Shown here: positions 29,222 to 40,300 of the stretch, piece by piece
Layout: each line of letters starts with the position of its first letter
Position numbering within the stretch: position 1 is the stretch's first letter
NCBI GenBank assembly: GCA_016745075.1
Contig: JADGDD010000003.1
Coordinates: forward strand, 327,333-391,332
Reading direction: 5' to 3'
Source of the DNA: Planctomycetota bacterium
GTDB taxonomy: Bacteria > Planctomycetota > UBA11346
DNA: 64,000 bases
Program-made: the position numbers and the translations under genes
Notes under the pieces: model-generated
What the model was told of the DNA's origin: nothing
Database searches by the model: none
The model's input: the letters and a program-made list of their open reading frames with translations, nothing else

Positions 29222-32200
29222 TTACTTTTCGTTGGTCCATATTTTTGTGCGTTGGATAAAATTATCTTGTAAGGCTTGTTGGTGTGTTGTTGCTAAAGTC
29301 TCTGGATTGCCTTGATAAAAGAGCTCAAAGTCATCTACATAGGTGCCGGTGGACGTTTCTCCGCGTAATTCAATCGCGGAGAGCTGCGCACTACTCAGCT
29401 GGGTAATCTGGATGCCATCAAGAAGAACGGTGGCCTGTGAGCCTGTTTTGCAGACAATGCGTATTTCATGCCACCCTTCTTTGGGCAGGGCAATGCCTGT
29501 ATTATTGATGACAGATTTGTCTCGGCCCTTATATTTATAGCAGTTCCAATTTTTCAAAAACTCTGTGGTAGGCAGCGTGACAAAGGATTCTTCTAATACA
29601 GGCCCTTCTGTTGTCAGTGTTTCTAAAGGTTCACCTTTTTCATTAAAGCAGCTGAGTGCAAATCTGAAAATGGGTGATTGTCCAAGTATACCAACTTTAG
29701 GACCGCGTTTTATGTAGAATCGAATATGTCCATCTGTGAGTGGTGTAGGAAATTTATGACGAATTCCCAAAGCCCCAGCTTTATTACCACAGAGCACATC
29801 ACCCCAATAATATAAATTTAATAACAAGCCTTGTGATTGTGCACGACCCATTTGTTTAATAAGTGCTGGGGTGTCGGCATTGGGAATGCGCTTATAGGTA
29901 AATCCCCAACGCGGTTGCAGAGCAAGATCGTAAATGTCTGTATACGATTCAAAATCATCACTATACGATAGCCCGTCGGTATTTTTCTTCTGAATAGGTA
30001 AGAGTGGTGACTGGTAGAAACTGAGATCTGGATTTCTAAATTCTTGACGGCAGGCGGCATCAAATTCAGGATCAAGAAGACGATCAAAACAATAACGCAT
30101 TTGCCAATAGCCACTGCCATCAGGGCCACTACCACGAAACACTATTTTGCCCGTTTGATCAAGAATCGTATCAGCACCGAATCCAGCAAAGGAACCATCT
30201 TCAAGCGATCGTCTTAAAATAGTTTTATTCCAGAGGCGTATTTGGTTGGAATGCCGTTCTGCATAAAGGTCTGTATAGATGTGTGGCTCAAAGCCGTAAA
30301 TAATCTGATCCATATTCAGTCCACCTTCTTCAGCAATGGCCTGACTGGTATGGATGCATTCCATGGCGGTGCGAATGCGGTCATCATAGGTGGTTACAGT
30401 GTCACGATGGCCACCGTCATGGGCAGCAACACCAATAATTACCACACCTTTAGGACCATATTCTTTTGCGAGGCGATTGATCCGATTAAAAACAGTCAGA
30501 CTTTTTTTGAAAGTTCGCTTACGCATATTACGTTCAGTATTGTGGTCACCCTTATGAGCTTTGGTGATCCAAATAATCTTACCAGCGTGTTTTTTGAGAA
30601 CGTCTTCAATTTTCCCCGGCTGGCGAATATTTTCCATCAGTAGTGTTGTGGGTGTTAGTGGGGCATCAAAGGTCACGAGAGGTAGTTTGTCTGCACCAAG
30701 ATCTGTACGTGGAACAGCATTGGCAGGGAGAGATACTTTTTCTGACCCTCTATTGGTTGTGGTGAATTGTTGTTGTAAGAGAGCTGTTTCTGTAGGAGTG
30801 AACGGTTCTACTGCTGTTGTTTGTGTTGGTTGTAAGGCGCGATGCTGGGTTCGTAAGGTTTTGGCATGTCCCTTATAAAAAATTTCAACATCATCTAGAT
30901 AAAAATTCTTTTTCAGTTCATCGGTACGAAAACCAACCCAGTCAATACTTTCAGATTGTAATTGACCAATTTCTACGCCATCAACGGAAACGGTAGCCAT
31001 TTGTGTTGGTGTGCAGTGTACGGTAATGGTATGCCAGGCATCTGGACTGAGTGCAACTGATCCTGGAAGGTCAGTACGAAAACTGCATGTGAATGTTTCT
31101 TTCATCCAGTCACCAGTTGCCATAATATGTCCTGCAAGCTCGTAGCTGTTTGTGGTGCCAAAAGCAATACAAAAGGCGCGTCTCACATCAAGATATGGAC
31201 GGCTTGGTCTTTCCGGTAGGTCAACGTTATGTCTGCGAATGTGAAATGTTATATGTCCATCAAGGAGTGGAGCTGGAAAATCATGAAATAACCCATAGCG
31301 GGTTAGGCCTGGATCCGGTTTGTCATCATGTATGTAAATAGCTTGGGAATTATTGCGGCCTACATGAGGGAGCATATCTGGTCGTATATCTAAATATGCT
31401 TGGCTGGCATAACGAAAGCCCCAACGTGGCTCTAAGAGGAAACTATGGTTATCAGTATAGCCTTCAAAATTATCACTATAACGTAGACCGTCTGCTGCTT
31501 CGGTGATGATTGGGAGAAGACGTTGTTTGTGTGGAATGAATTCTTTACGAACGGCATCATCATAGGTGGGGTTGGTGAGCCGTTCTAAAATATTGCGGGT
31601 TGCATGATAATGAACTCCGCGTTTTTCATGACTGCGATAAACTACCTTGCCGTCTGTATTGAGTACACAGACAATGGTGCCGCCGTTATCGTGGCCGGGT
31701 GTTTTTGCATTGACAAAGCGGACAAAACTGGTGTGTCTTCGAGAAGTTGGATCTTTTTGATCGAGCAAGACCGGTATTTCTAAGCCGTAACGTTGCATGT
31801 ATTCCTGTGCGGCTTGAGCATCGGCTGGTTTCTTTTTATCTGTTTTGGCCCAGATGGCGAGATAGGTAGCAGATGGGCAGTCTTTCATCAATTGTTTGAG
31901 GAAGGCTACTGCTGGCGCAGGCTGATCGTCTATTTCCTGCCAGTTAACAAACCTCTGTTGATAGCGGGTTATACTGGGGTTTATATGAATTAATACTCTG
32001 TTGTGTCCTGCATAATCTTTCTGTATATCTACGGTGTTTCCATGAATATTTTGCAAAACAAGTTCACCTTTTGGCGGCAATGGATAATCTAGGAGATCGC
32101 CATTACAGGCACCAAATTGTGGTTGAATGGGTTGTGCGAGACGGTGTTGTAAAATATCTGAGAGTTCTTCTTCTGAACTATACAATGGTGTGCTGAATAA

Positions 32201-32260
32201 TGACAGGCCAAGAAGCATAGAGGGAATAGATGTGTATGCGAGTATGCGAATGTCTGGCAT
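29222..32260 (-). CDS. secreted protein with two tandem [thioredoxin-like fold + beta-sandwich] repeats, function unknown
   Basis: internal duplication: YSDNFEGYTD..LEPRWGF / YSDDFESYTD..LQPRWGF, FPAPLLDGHITF / FPTPLTDGHIRF, YLDDVEIFY / YVDDFELFY; NRLAKEYGPKGVVIIGV is TlpA/AhpC-like; start at 32260 after GAAAGGG. Confidence 0.6.
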   Translation of the reverse strand: MPDIRILAYTSIPSMLLGLSLFSTPLYSSEEELSDILQHRLAQPIQPQFGACNGDLLDYPLPPKGELVLQNIHGNTVDIQKDYAGHNRVLIHINPSITRYQQRFVNWQEIDDQPAPAVAFLKQLMKDCPSATYLAIWAKTDKKKPADAQAAQEYMQRYGLEIPVLLDQKDPTSRRHTSFVRFVNAKTPGHDNGGTIVCVLNTDGKVVYRSHEKRGVHYHATRNILERLTNPTYDDAVRKEFIPHKQRLLPIITEAADGLRYSDNFEGYTDNHSFLLEPRWGFRYASQAYLDIRPDMLPHVGRNNSQAIYIHDDKPDPGLTRYGLFHDFPAPLLDGHITFHIRRHNVDLPERPSRPYLDVRRAFCIAFGTTNSYELAGHIMATGDWMKETFTCSFRTDLPGSVALSPDAWHTITVHCTPTQMATVSVDGVEIGQLQSESIDWVGFRTDELKKNFYLDDVEIFYKGHAKTLRTQHRALQPTQTTAVEPFTPTETALLQQQFTTTNRGSEKVSLPANAVPRTDLGADKLPLVTFDAPLTPTTLLMENIRQPGKIEDVLKKHAGKIIWITKAHKGDHNTERNMRKRTFKKSLTVFNRINRLAKEYGPKGVVIIGVAAHDGGHRDTVTTYDDRIRTAMECIHTSQAIAEEGGLNMDQIIYGFEPHIYTDLYAERHSNQIRLWNKTILRRSLEDGSFAGFGADTILDQTGKIVFRGSGPDGSGYWQMRYCFDRLLDPEFDAACRQEFRNPDLSFYQSPLLPIQKKNTDGLSYSDDFESYTDIYDLALQPRWGFTYKRIPNADTPALIKQMGRAQSQGLLLNLYYWGDVLCGNKAGALGIRHKFPTPLTDGHIRFYIKRGPKVGILGQSPIFRFALSCFNEKGEPLETLTTEGPVLEESFVTLPTTEFLKNWNCYKYKGRDKSVINNTGIALPKEGWHEIRIVCKTGSQATVLLDGIQITQLSSAQLSAIELRGETSTGTYVDDFELFYQGNPETLATTHQQALQDNFIQRTKIWTNEK

Positions 32261-32344
32261 AAGACCCTTTCTAGAACTCATTTCTTGTGAATAGATACAG
32301 GAGTGCAGGACGCACTCCTGTGTCTCTGTCATTTTCAAGCGAAT

Positions 32345-34960
32345 TTATTGTTCTTCGCAAACAATAACGTAGGCAGATGATGCTTGTGCAGTAAAATGAT
32401 ATTTGTTGGTAAAGTCATTCCGTTGTTCATGTTGCAGAACAATATTTTTCGCATCACGATTGCTGGTACGTGGATCGTCACTAGTTAGATAATGAATATT
32501 TATTTCTGGCTTTGGTGTAAACGGAAGGTTTAGTTGAACATCCATCGCTTTATTATAATGACGGTTAAAAATGATGAAGCTATGTTGCTGGCCATTTTTG
32601 TAGGCATAACAGCGGGTAAAGGCAATATTTGGTTTTGCATCAATAGTGCGTTTGACCTTACGTTTACCGTCATAACTTTCTTTAATAACGGTTTCAGAGG
32701 GAAAGTCTACGCGTGTAAGTTCTGTTTCTTCAACACGCATTAAATCACCACCACAATAAGCATTGCGTAATTGTAAAGAGAGCCAAGACGGCCACGCATA
32801 CAGTTGATTATGACTATGATGTGAAGAGAAGTTATTCCCCATGGCAAAACCAAAATAACATTGTGAATGAAAGCCACCAGCTTGGGCAATCATGTAGGCA
32901 TCAAGAGTGGTTACGCCAAGAGCGAGAGACTTGCCAACTTGCTCACCAACTGGGGTAAATGGTCGTCTGCCATTTGGGGTTGGATAGCCGGGACCGCCTT
33001 CGTACATGGCAACGCGGTATTCTTTACCAGGAATTTTTTGCGCGACTTCTTCGTGGAGAATGGCAAAACGATCAAAGCGTGGTTCGACAATGCGTGGTGC
33101 ATACATTAATTGTTTGCCATAAAAGTCAGTGTCATCTTTACCGAGTACGGTTAAGCCATCTGCGCCACCAATGTAATAGGCTGCATCAATGGCATCGGAC
33201 TCTGTTGCGCCAAGAGCAACTTGCATACTCCAGCCTGGTTTGTCTTTGAGATATTCTTTGGTTTTATAATGGCGTTGCCATGCTTCTGATCCTGTTTTGC
33301 CATTGGCTGCAAACACAAATTGATCAGCATTGTAGTAGGGCGTTTGTTTAATGAGGTGGAATAAACGGTTGGTCATGCCAATGTAAATATCAATTTCTTC
33401 ATGATACGGGCCGTAGCCGGTGCCCCACGCTTCATTATGAGACCCGATAATAATATCGGTAAAGATACTGGTCCAGGGTTTTTCTTGGCCGTGGCTTGCC
33501 CGTAATGCACCCATTGGTGTATCAGTGCTGCCGCCGAGATATTCCATAAAGTCATGGATGTCTTTATCTGTTTGCTCAGAGCGTAAAATAATCCACGGTT
33601 CACTACCAACTTCTTGGCAGATAGATAAAAACGAATGAAAAGAGAAATGGTTTGTGCCATCTATGCGCCGGCCAATGCTCCATTGATCGGGCATACTCCA
33701 GCCATGCTGCAACATATTTTGAGTGGGTGATTTATAGCTACCCCAATAACGAAGATGCCCCGGTTTGTAGGCTTTGAGTGCTGCTGTATATTGTTTATTA
33801 AATGCGAAAGGTGGTGTGTCTGTTTGCCAAACAAGGAAGTTGTCTATCCAGAGGGTACCTGCTTCTGTGGATGAAATACTAAGATTCGCAATTTTTTGGG
33901 TAATAGTATTTTGTGAATCAGCAGGAATCGTTAATGTCACTTTTTGCCATTCCCCTGTTGCTACAACTGTTTGGCTGACAATGCCTGCAACATCAATAGT
34001 AACGGAACCACTACTCATACCTTCTTGCCGTACCCATACTTGGCAGGAAAATTCTTTCCCCTTGGTCAGTTCTAACCAACCACGTGGGACGGGTGTTTTA
34101 TGGAGGAAGGCTTGTGCCATGCCCGCACCTTCTTCATTGCCCGGCAACGTTATTTTCATGCTGGCGGTAGAACCGCCTTCTGGACATTTATACGCAGGAT
34201 CTATGCAATCAACAGCACCATTGTAAGCTTTAAAAAAACCATGAGCACTCCCAGTGTAACGTGGGTTTGGGTCTTGGAACCGTTTGCGTACATCATAAAG
34301 CGTGTCCTGAATAATCATAACATCACCAGGTTGTAGTGGGTTTTCATTATTAGGAATGGCTGTTTCAAACTCAAAGCGTTCTATACGGTCATAATTTACT
34401 AATTTTTTGCCACGCATTTTTGGGCGATCTTTCAAATCCTCGACGGTGATGTCGCTAATACGAGTTGTGTGAAAGGACTCATGCTTTCCATTTACAAGCC
34501 GTAACAAATGCGCTTCTGCGCCAATCCACACGGCTGGGTCATACTTTTGGAAATTAGAAATACCTTTACGGAAGGGCTGTCCTTTTTTCTCCCCTTTCTG
34601 CGGTCGTAAAAAGTATTTATTGAGCCCTTTTCTATCATTCCCTTTGCCAAAGTCATCATGTTCCTGAACCAAAAATACATCTTTTATGCTATAGGGTTCC
34701 ATAGTGCGTCGTTCATTCCACGCATTTAACATACAGGCATTGAACCACGCTTTGGGGCTAATAGAGCCTGAAAAGTTAGCGCCAAAGCGAGGTGGGTTAC
34801 TGACCTGCACTTCATCAGTGATCGTATAGATGTCTATTGGCACTTCACGGGCAGTCGCCACTACATCTTGCCATGTTGTGTTTTCCGCAATGTCATCTGC
34901 TGCATGTAAACCATAAACAGCAAGTGAAGCAATGCATAGACTGGATAGGATTGGGTTCAT
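32345..34960 (-). CDS. secreted GH51-like clan GH-A glycoside hydrolase with CBM-like domain
   Basis: AAGGAG RBS and signal peptide MNPILSSLC; LWIDNFLVWQTD, LRASHGQEKPW, SHNEAWG, MYEGGPGY; paralog of 25043-29197. Confidence 0.68.
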   Translation of the reverse strand: MNPILSSLCIASLAVYGLHAADDIAENTTWQDVVATAREVPIDIYTITDEVQVSNPPRFGANFSGSISPKAWFNACMLNAWNERRTMEPYSIKDVFLVQEHDDFGKGNDRKGLNKYFLRPQKGEKKGQPFRKGISNFQKYDPAVWIGAEAHLLRLVNGKHESFHTTRISDITVEDLKDRPKMRGKKLVNYDRIERFEFETAIPNNENPLQPGDVMIIQDTLYDVRKRFQDPNPRYTGSAHGFFKAYNGAVDCIDPAYKCPEGGSTASMKITLPGNEEGAGMAQAFLHKTPVPRGWLELTKGKEFSCQVWVRQEGMSSGSVTIDVAGIVSQTVVATGEWQKVTLTIPADSQNTITQKIANLSISSTEAGTLWIDNFLVWQTDTPPFAFNKQYTAALKAYKPGHLRYWGSYKSPTQNMLQHGWSMPDQWSIGRRIDGTNHFSFHSFLSICQEVGSEPWIILRSEQTDKDIHDFMEYLGGSTDTPMGALRASHGQEKPWTSIFTDIIIGSHNEAWGTGYGPYHEEIDIYIGMTNRLFHLIKQTPYYNADQFVFAANGKTGSEAWQRHYKTKEYLKDKPGWSMQVALGATESDAIDAAYYIGGADGLTVLGKDDTDFYGKQLMYAPRIVEPRFDRFAILHEEVAQKIPGKEYRVAMYEGGPGYPTPNGRRPFTPVGEQVGKSLALGVTTLDAYMIAQAGGFHSQCYFGFAMGNNFSSHHSHNQLYAWPSWLSLQLRNAYCGGDLMRVEETELTRVDFPSETVIKESYDGKRKVKRTIDAKPNIAFTRCYAYKNGQQHSFIIFNRHYNKAMDVQLNLPFTPKPEINIHYLTSDDPRTSNRDAKNIVLQHEQRNDFTNKYHFTAQASSAYVIVCEEQ

Positions 34961-35076
34961 GTAAAAAATCTCCTTGAGGTAGTATACTAGTAAACATCCA
35001 CAGATGCAGATAACTAACCAAGGAAAACCGGAATATGCTTTGTATGGAATATGCTTTGTATAGTACAAGAACGTTT

Positions 35077-35862
35077 TTACGTGTGCGGTAGTTTGTGTAC
35101 CCAGACTGTAGGACTGCACTGGTGATACTGACTAAAAACACGGTGGAATTGAGCGTAGCTGCCAAAGCCTGCTTGTAGAGCGAGTGAGAGTAAGTCTTGC
35201 TCTGGATATTGGTGGTGTAGTGCCATGAAGAGCTCGATACGAACCCGATTACGAAAGTCATGTAATGAGATATGGCATTCTTTACGGAAGAGCCTGCTCA
35301 AATAGGAACGAGAGCAGGACAGCTTGTTTGCTAAAGCGGTTCCGTCCATACTGGGGTCATGGTTGATCAGAGATAAGCAATCTGCAATGAAGGGTGAAAG
35401 GTTGTGAAAACTTTCTGTACCAGCTTCTGTATGTAAGCGTTGTGCATGACTAGCAAGATACTGGCAGCCCGCATTAAATTCGTTGGCCTCGTTTCCTTGA
35501 ATGTAAGCGAGGCGGGTAAAACCATCATCCAAAAACTGTGCGTCGGTCTTATGTATGTGGGCAACATGGTGAGGGGGAGGTTTATAATTACTGAGCAATT
35601 CTGGTGGAAAAGACAGTATCCACATGTAAAAATCGGCAGACTGATTGATGAGTTGATGTACAGAATCAACGGGAAGCCATATCAATGATCCATGCTGAAG
35701 TGGCCAGACGCTTTCATCAACATGGAAGTGGCCAGTGCCCTGACGAACAAAGCACAGCTCAATGTGTTTATGGGTATGCGCATGTACATGCGGGAGGCTC
35801 CACGGCCCTGTTTGTGAGAGCCTTGCGTAATGGCCCTCAGCAAAAGTAATCGGTTCTAACAT
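35077..35862 (-). CDS. AraC family transcriptional regulator
   Basis: cupin H.H.HIEL...GTG; HTH SRSYLSRLF...AGFGSYAQFHRVF; start moved to 35862 to avoid overlap with the divergent gene. Confidence 0.92.
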   Translation of the reverse strand: MLEPITFAEGHYARLSQTGPWSLPHVHAHTHKHIELCFVRQGTGHFHVDESVWPLQHGSLIWLPVDSVHQLINQSADFYMWILSFPPELLSNYKPPPHHVAHIHKTDAQFLDDGFTRLAYIQGNEANEFNAGCQYLASHAQRLHTEAGTESFHNLSPFIADCLSLINHDPSMDGTALANKLSCSRSYLSRLFRKECHISLHDFRNRVRIELFMALHHQYPEQDLLSLALQAGFGSYAQFHRVFSQYHQCSPTVWVHKLPHT

Positions 35863-35952
35863 GACACAAAATGATAGAAACCCTGTTGTAGAATAACAAG
35901 ACATGATTTGTTTTGACTTACAATAGAGCAGAGAAGAAGAAAGGGTATTTAC

Positions 35953-37176
35953 ATGTATGACGCAGTCCTGAAATATATTCATAAGACTTGGCCCCGCCAT
36001 ATACGGCAGGGGGATGATGTGCCTAATGGTACCTCTCCTCTACCATATCCTTTTACCACTCCCAGTCCGCCAGAGTCATATACGTTCCAAGCCTTATTTT
36101 ATTGGGATTCTTTTTATACGCATCTTGGGTATTTAAAGCAGGGCATGATTGAACAGGTGTTGAATGATGTGAATAACCATTTGTACTTGGTGGACATCTA
36201 TGGTTTTGTTCCCTGTTCAACATATCAAGTGGATAATAACAGAAGTCAGCATCCCTATTTATCTGCTGATGTGCGGCAGGCCTTTGAGTATACTGGTGAC
36301 ACAACATGGTTGGCAGCAGCTTTTCCGAGATTAGAGCGGGAATATGATTTTTGGCAGCAGCAACGGAACACCGTTTGTGGATTAAACCGTGGTGGACATA
36401 ATGCCACTGACCCAGAAGCCCTGGGTGCATTTGTAGAACAGGTTTGCAAACGGCTTGCTAGGACGACCTGTACGACCGATGAAGAGCGTTCTGCATTAGC
36501 GGGCCATCATTATGCAGAAGCAGAATCCGGTTGGGATTTTACGCCTCGTTTTAATGCCCGAGGTTTAGATTTTGTGCCTGTAGATTTAAATATGCAATTA
36601 TATAATTACGAGAAAAATATGGCGTATTTTTCCCGCATATTGGAAAATACCCAAACCAAGATATGGGAAGAACGAGCAGCAACCAGAGCTGAACGTATTC
36701 AAGCATTGTGCTGGAATGAAGAACGAGGGTGTTTTCTTGATTATGATTATGTGAATAGATCTCAATCTTCTGTTTTTTCAGTTGCCTCACTGACTCCCTT
36801 ACAATTTGGTATTGCGAGTAAAGAACAGGCAGAGCGAACCATTGCCTTATTACCATTATTAGAAGGTGAACACGGTGTTGCAGCAACCGAGTGTTGTGAT
36901 CCACCAACTGGCCACCAATGGGCATGGCCTTCTGTGTGGCCACCCTTACAATACATCACCAATGCTGCGCTGACTCGTTATGATTTTCGTGAAGATGCTC
37001 AGCGTTTGCGCAAAAAATATTTGAATACCTGTGTTCGTCATTTCCAAGAAACAGGCCAACTGTGGGAAAAATACGACGCGGAAACCGGTGAGCATGGTGG
37101 TGGTGAATATACGGCCCCACCGATGATGGGTTGGACTGCCGGTGTTTTTGTGCATTTTGCCCAGCGCGCGGAATAG
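35953..37176 (+). CDS. alpha,alpha-trehalase-like glycoside hydrolase (GH37)
   Basis: PYPFT, LFYWDSFY, RSQHP, AESGWDFTPRF, VPVDLN, QWAWP..WPPLQY, WEKYD, GWTAGV; no signal peptide. Confidence 0.9.
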   Translation: MYDAVLKYIHKTWPRHIRQGDDVPNGTSPLPYPFTTPSPPESYTFQALFYWDSFYTHLGYLKQGMIEQVLNDVNNHLYLVDIYGFVPCSTYQVDNNRSQHPYLSADVRQAFEYTGDTTWLAAAFPRLEREYDFWQQQRNTVCGLNRGGHNATDPEALGAFVEQVCKRLARTTCTTDEERSALAGHHYAEAESGWDFTPRFNARGLDFVPVDLNMQLYNYEKNMAYFSRILENTQTKIWEERAATRAERIQALCWNEERGCFLDYDYVNRSQSSVFSVASLTPLQFGIASKEQAERTIALLPLLEGEHGVAATECCDPPTGHQWAWPSVWPPLQYITNAALTRYDFREDAQRLRKKYLNTCVRHFQETGQLWEKYDAETGEHGGGEYTAPPMMGWTAGVFVHFAQRAE

Positions 37177-37277
37177 AATACATTTTCGGTGCGAGGAACA
37201 GGCCTTACCACAGGTGACCTGTAGAGAATCTTTGATGCTTGTATTTGGCTAGAATGTCCAAAATCGTATGTCATTAG

Positions 37278-37302
37278 GGAAAGGAGTTTATTACCTTTCC
37301 CT
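37278..37302. promoter_or_regulatory. inverted repeat upstream of GH106-like gene (operator or hairpin)
   Basis: GGGAAAGG-AGTTTATTA-CCTTTCCC. Confidence 0.3.
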
Positions 37303-37328
37303 CTCACGCTTACATACTGAGGTTGACC

Positions 37329-40300
37329 ATGGTACCAATTCAAGAAAAATTATTCGATATTATTAAAAACCCTCCTCGGGATTTCTGTCCAGTCCCTTTG
37401 TGGTGGTGGAGTGGTGAAAAAATTGAAACTGAACGCTTACAGTGGCAAATGGATAGATTCTGCGAAGGTGGGGTTTATCAACTGGTTATTTTTAACTTAG
37501 CGCCAACCAGTCCACTCTATGGTTGTGACCAAGATGATCCGCCCCTATTTAGCGATGAGTGGTGGACTCTGGTTAAAGAAGTCTGTGAATATGCCAGAAC
37601 CTTGGGGATGAAAATTTGGCTGTATGACCAGTTAGGTTTTTCTGGGGCTAACTTCCAAGGACAGTTGGTCAATCAGAATGCGGCTTTTAGTGGTTATTGG
37701 TTAGAGAGCAAAACAGACATTTTGACAGAACCCGGAACGGTCAACATTCCTGATGGGTGTGTTTCTTTGGGAGCTTGGCAACGTCTTTGTTCTGAGAGCG
37801 GAGCAAACGCGTGGGAACAACTGGAAACCGGTTGTTCATCAACGCTTTCAGGACCGCATGAGCTGCGGATCGTTTATTATGAGCGTCGTGGGTATGATTA
37901 CCTCAGTAAAGAAGCCTGTTCGGATTTAATTGATGTGATTCACGGCCGCTTTGAAGAGCATTTACAGCCATGGTTCGGAGATGTTGTTGGCGGAACGTTC
38001 CAAGATGAATTGCCATCCATGCCGACTTGGTCTGAACATTTCTTGGCACAATTTTCTGAACAACACGGTTATTCATTGGCGGAGAAACTACCAGAATTGT
38101 GGGATGCAGACAGCGATAATCATCACTTACGGATTGATTTTCATCGGACTCGTTGTGCGCTTGCTGAAGCGGCCTTTTTCAAACCAGCATTTGAATGGCA
38201 TGAGAGAAATGGTTTATTATATGGCTGTGATCAACAAAGTCCGGCTCGTTGTGGTGATCCTGTTGGTGGTGTAGAAAAATATGCCGATTATATGGAAACC
38301 CACAAATGGTATAGTGCTCCAGGCAGTGATCATGATGGTGATGCTAAAATTCATAGTTCTATTGCCCATTTATATGATCGGCCAAGAGTATGGATTGAAA
38401 GCTTCCACTCGTCTGGTTGGGGTGGTACGTTAGAAGAAACGTTTGATTGGTTACTTCCTTGGATTCGTGCTGGTGCCAATTTGTATGACCCACATGCGGT
38501 GTATTATAGCACCAAAGGTATGTGGTGGGAGTGGGCGGCTCCGTCGACATGTTGGCGACAGCCCTACTGGAAACATTATTCGGTTTTCTCCAATGCGGTT
38601 TCTCGTCTCTGTGCTCTCATGACTGAAGGCGAACATCTTGCTGATGCTGCGTTGTTATATCCAGCTACGGCAGTCATGTCAGATATGAGCCCTTCTGGAC
38701 CTTTGGGAAATGCTGAAGCTGTGACTCGTTCGTACGAAAAATTGAATGGAATCATGGAGTGGAAGAAACCAACGGCGGGCTGGTTTGAAAATATCGGAGT
38801 AGATTATGATGTGGTCAACGAGAGCTCCGTTGCTGCTGCCGAAATTGCTGGAAACCGCATTCGTATTGGAACAGAATGGTTTAGCTCGTTGGTATTGCCA
38901 GAATGTTCGTTGATTGAAGAAAATGCTTTCAGGAAAATATTGGCCTTTGCCAACAACGGTGGTCGTATTGTGGTGACTGGGCAAACGCCCAACCTCAATG
39001 ATGAAGATAAAGCCCTGTGGCAACATTGTTGTGATCAAGGGGCAATTGTATTTGCTGAAGATGAATCCTCATTTGCCAAATCGATCAGACGGAGCGGCCG
39101 TGGGGTTGTCTGTGATCATGTAACCTTACATCGTCAGGAAGGAGATATGAACTGGCTTTTGGTGACTGCTGCGAAAAGCATGGCGACCGAAGTGGACACA
39201 TCTCCCAAAAAATGGTATGAACGAAAAGCGTATACTTTTGATCGGGAACGATACCAAGAACGTGTGAATGTTCGTTTGCCTGAACAACAGTGCAGAGCCT
39301 ACCAATACCATATATTTAGCGGTAAAATTGAAGAACTTCCCGTGGATGCAGACGGATCTGTTGCCGTAGGTTTTGATTCTTGTCCAGCAACAGTTCTTTT
39401 TTGGTCCCACAGTGAACTGGCTTTCCCTTGTGAAAACAGAAATGTTTTTGCCGCTGGAAGCAAAAAAACAGCATTGACTGGTGACTGGCAGAGTGAGCTA
39501 CTCCCGACGGCACAAAATGATTTTGATGACTTTGGCAATTGCTTCACAGAAGGTGGTTCTGTTCTAACTCACAAGCTGGAGTGGAGTGCCGGCGGAGACA
39601 GTACGAGTACCGCTTTTGCTGGATACGGAGTCAGAGGGCATTCTTTTGGCCCTGTTGATGGTGAAGCATCCTTGCCTGCTGTGCATTCAACATCTGTGGA
39701 GGCGTGGAAACCGGTTGAATATTCACTCTCCCGAGGAATTTGGAAAGATCCTATTTGCCAAGAATCGCAAGGCCCCAAAGGACATGTTCCAGAAGAATTC
39801 ATCCATTTTGGTGGCTATGATCCAGGAGAGATGTTCCAATTTAAATGCTGTTTTGATTGGGACGGGGATGCAAACATTTATTTAGCTATTGGTGCAGGCG
39901 CTAGCAAACAAGTGTGGTTGAACGGTGTGTTCATTGATGGTGAAGACAGTGGCTATCTGTGGATGGAACAATGTTCTCTAAAACAGGGTCAGAACGTTTT
40001 GGAATTCCGTTTGCGCAATGATAGCCAACATAACATTAATTTGCGCGCATTCTGGAGCATTGTTAAAGACCCAGTACTCTTTAAGAGACCTGAACGGATC
40101 ATCAAAGATGAGAGCAAAGAAGCGGGTCGGGAATTGACCTTCTCTCACGTGTTACATTTAGAAGATATGCCCGAACAAGCAGAGATGCATGTTTTTGTTA
40201 GTGGTATTTGTCGCATACAGGTGAATGGCAAGGAAATTGGGCGGCAAGGTGGATTTGAACCTTATAAAATTGCACCATCAGTCAAACCGTACGAGATCAT

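Noticed and set aside
34960-35119. N-terminal extensions given by the ORF track (also for flhA, GH29, both AraC genes and the kinase)
   Set aside because: Downstream starts have better RBS or signal peptides and avoid overlaps
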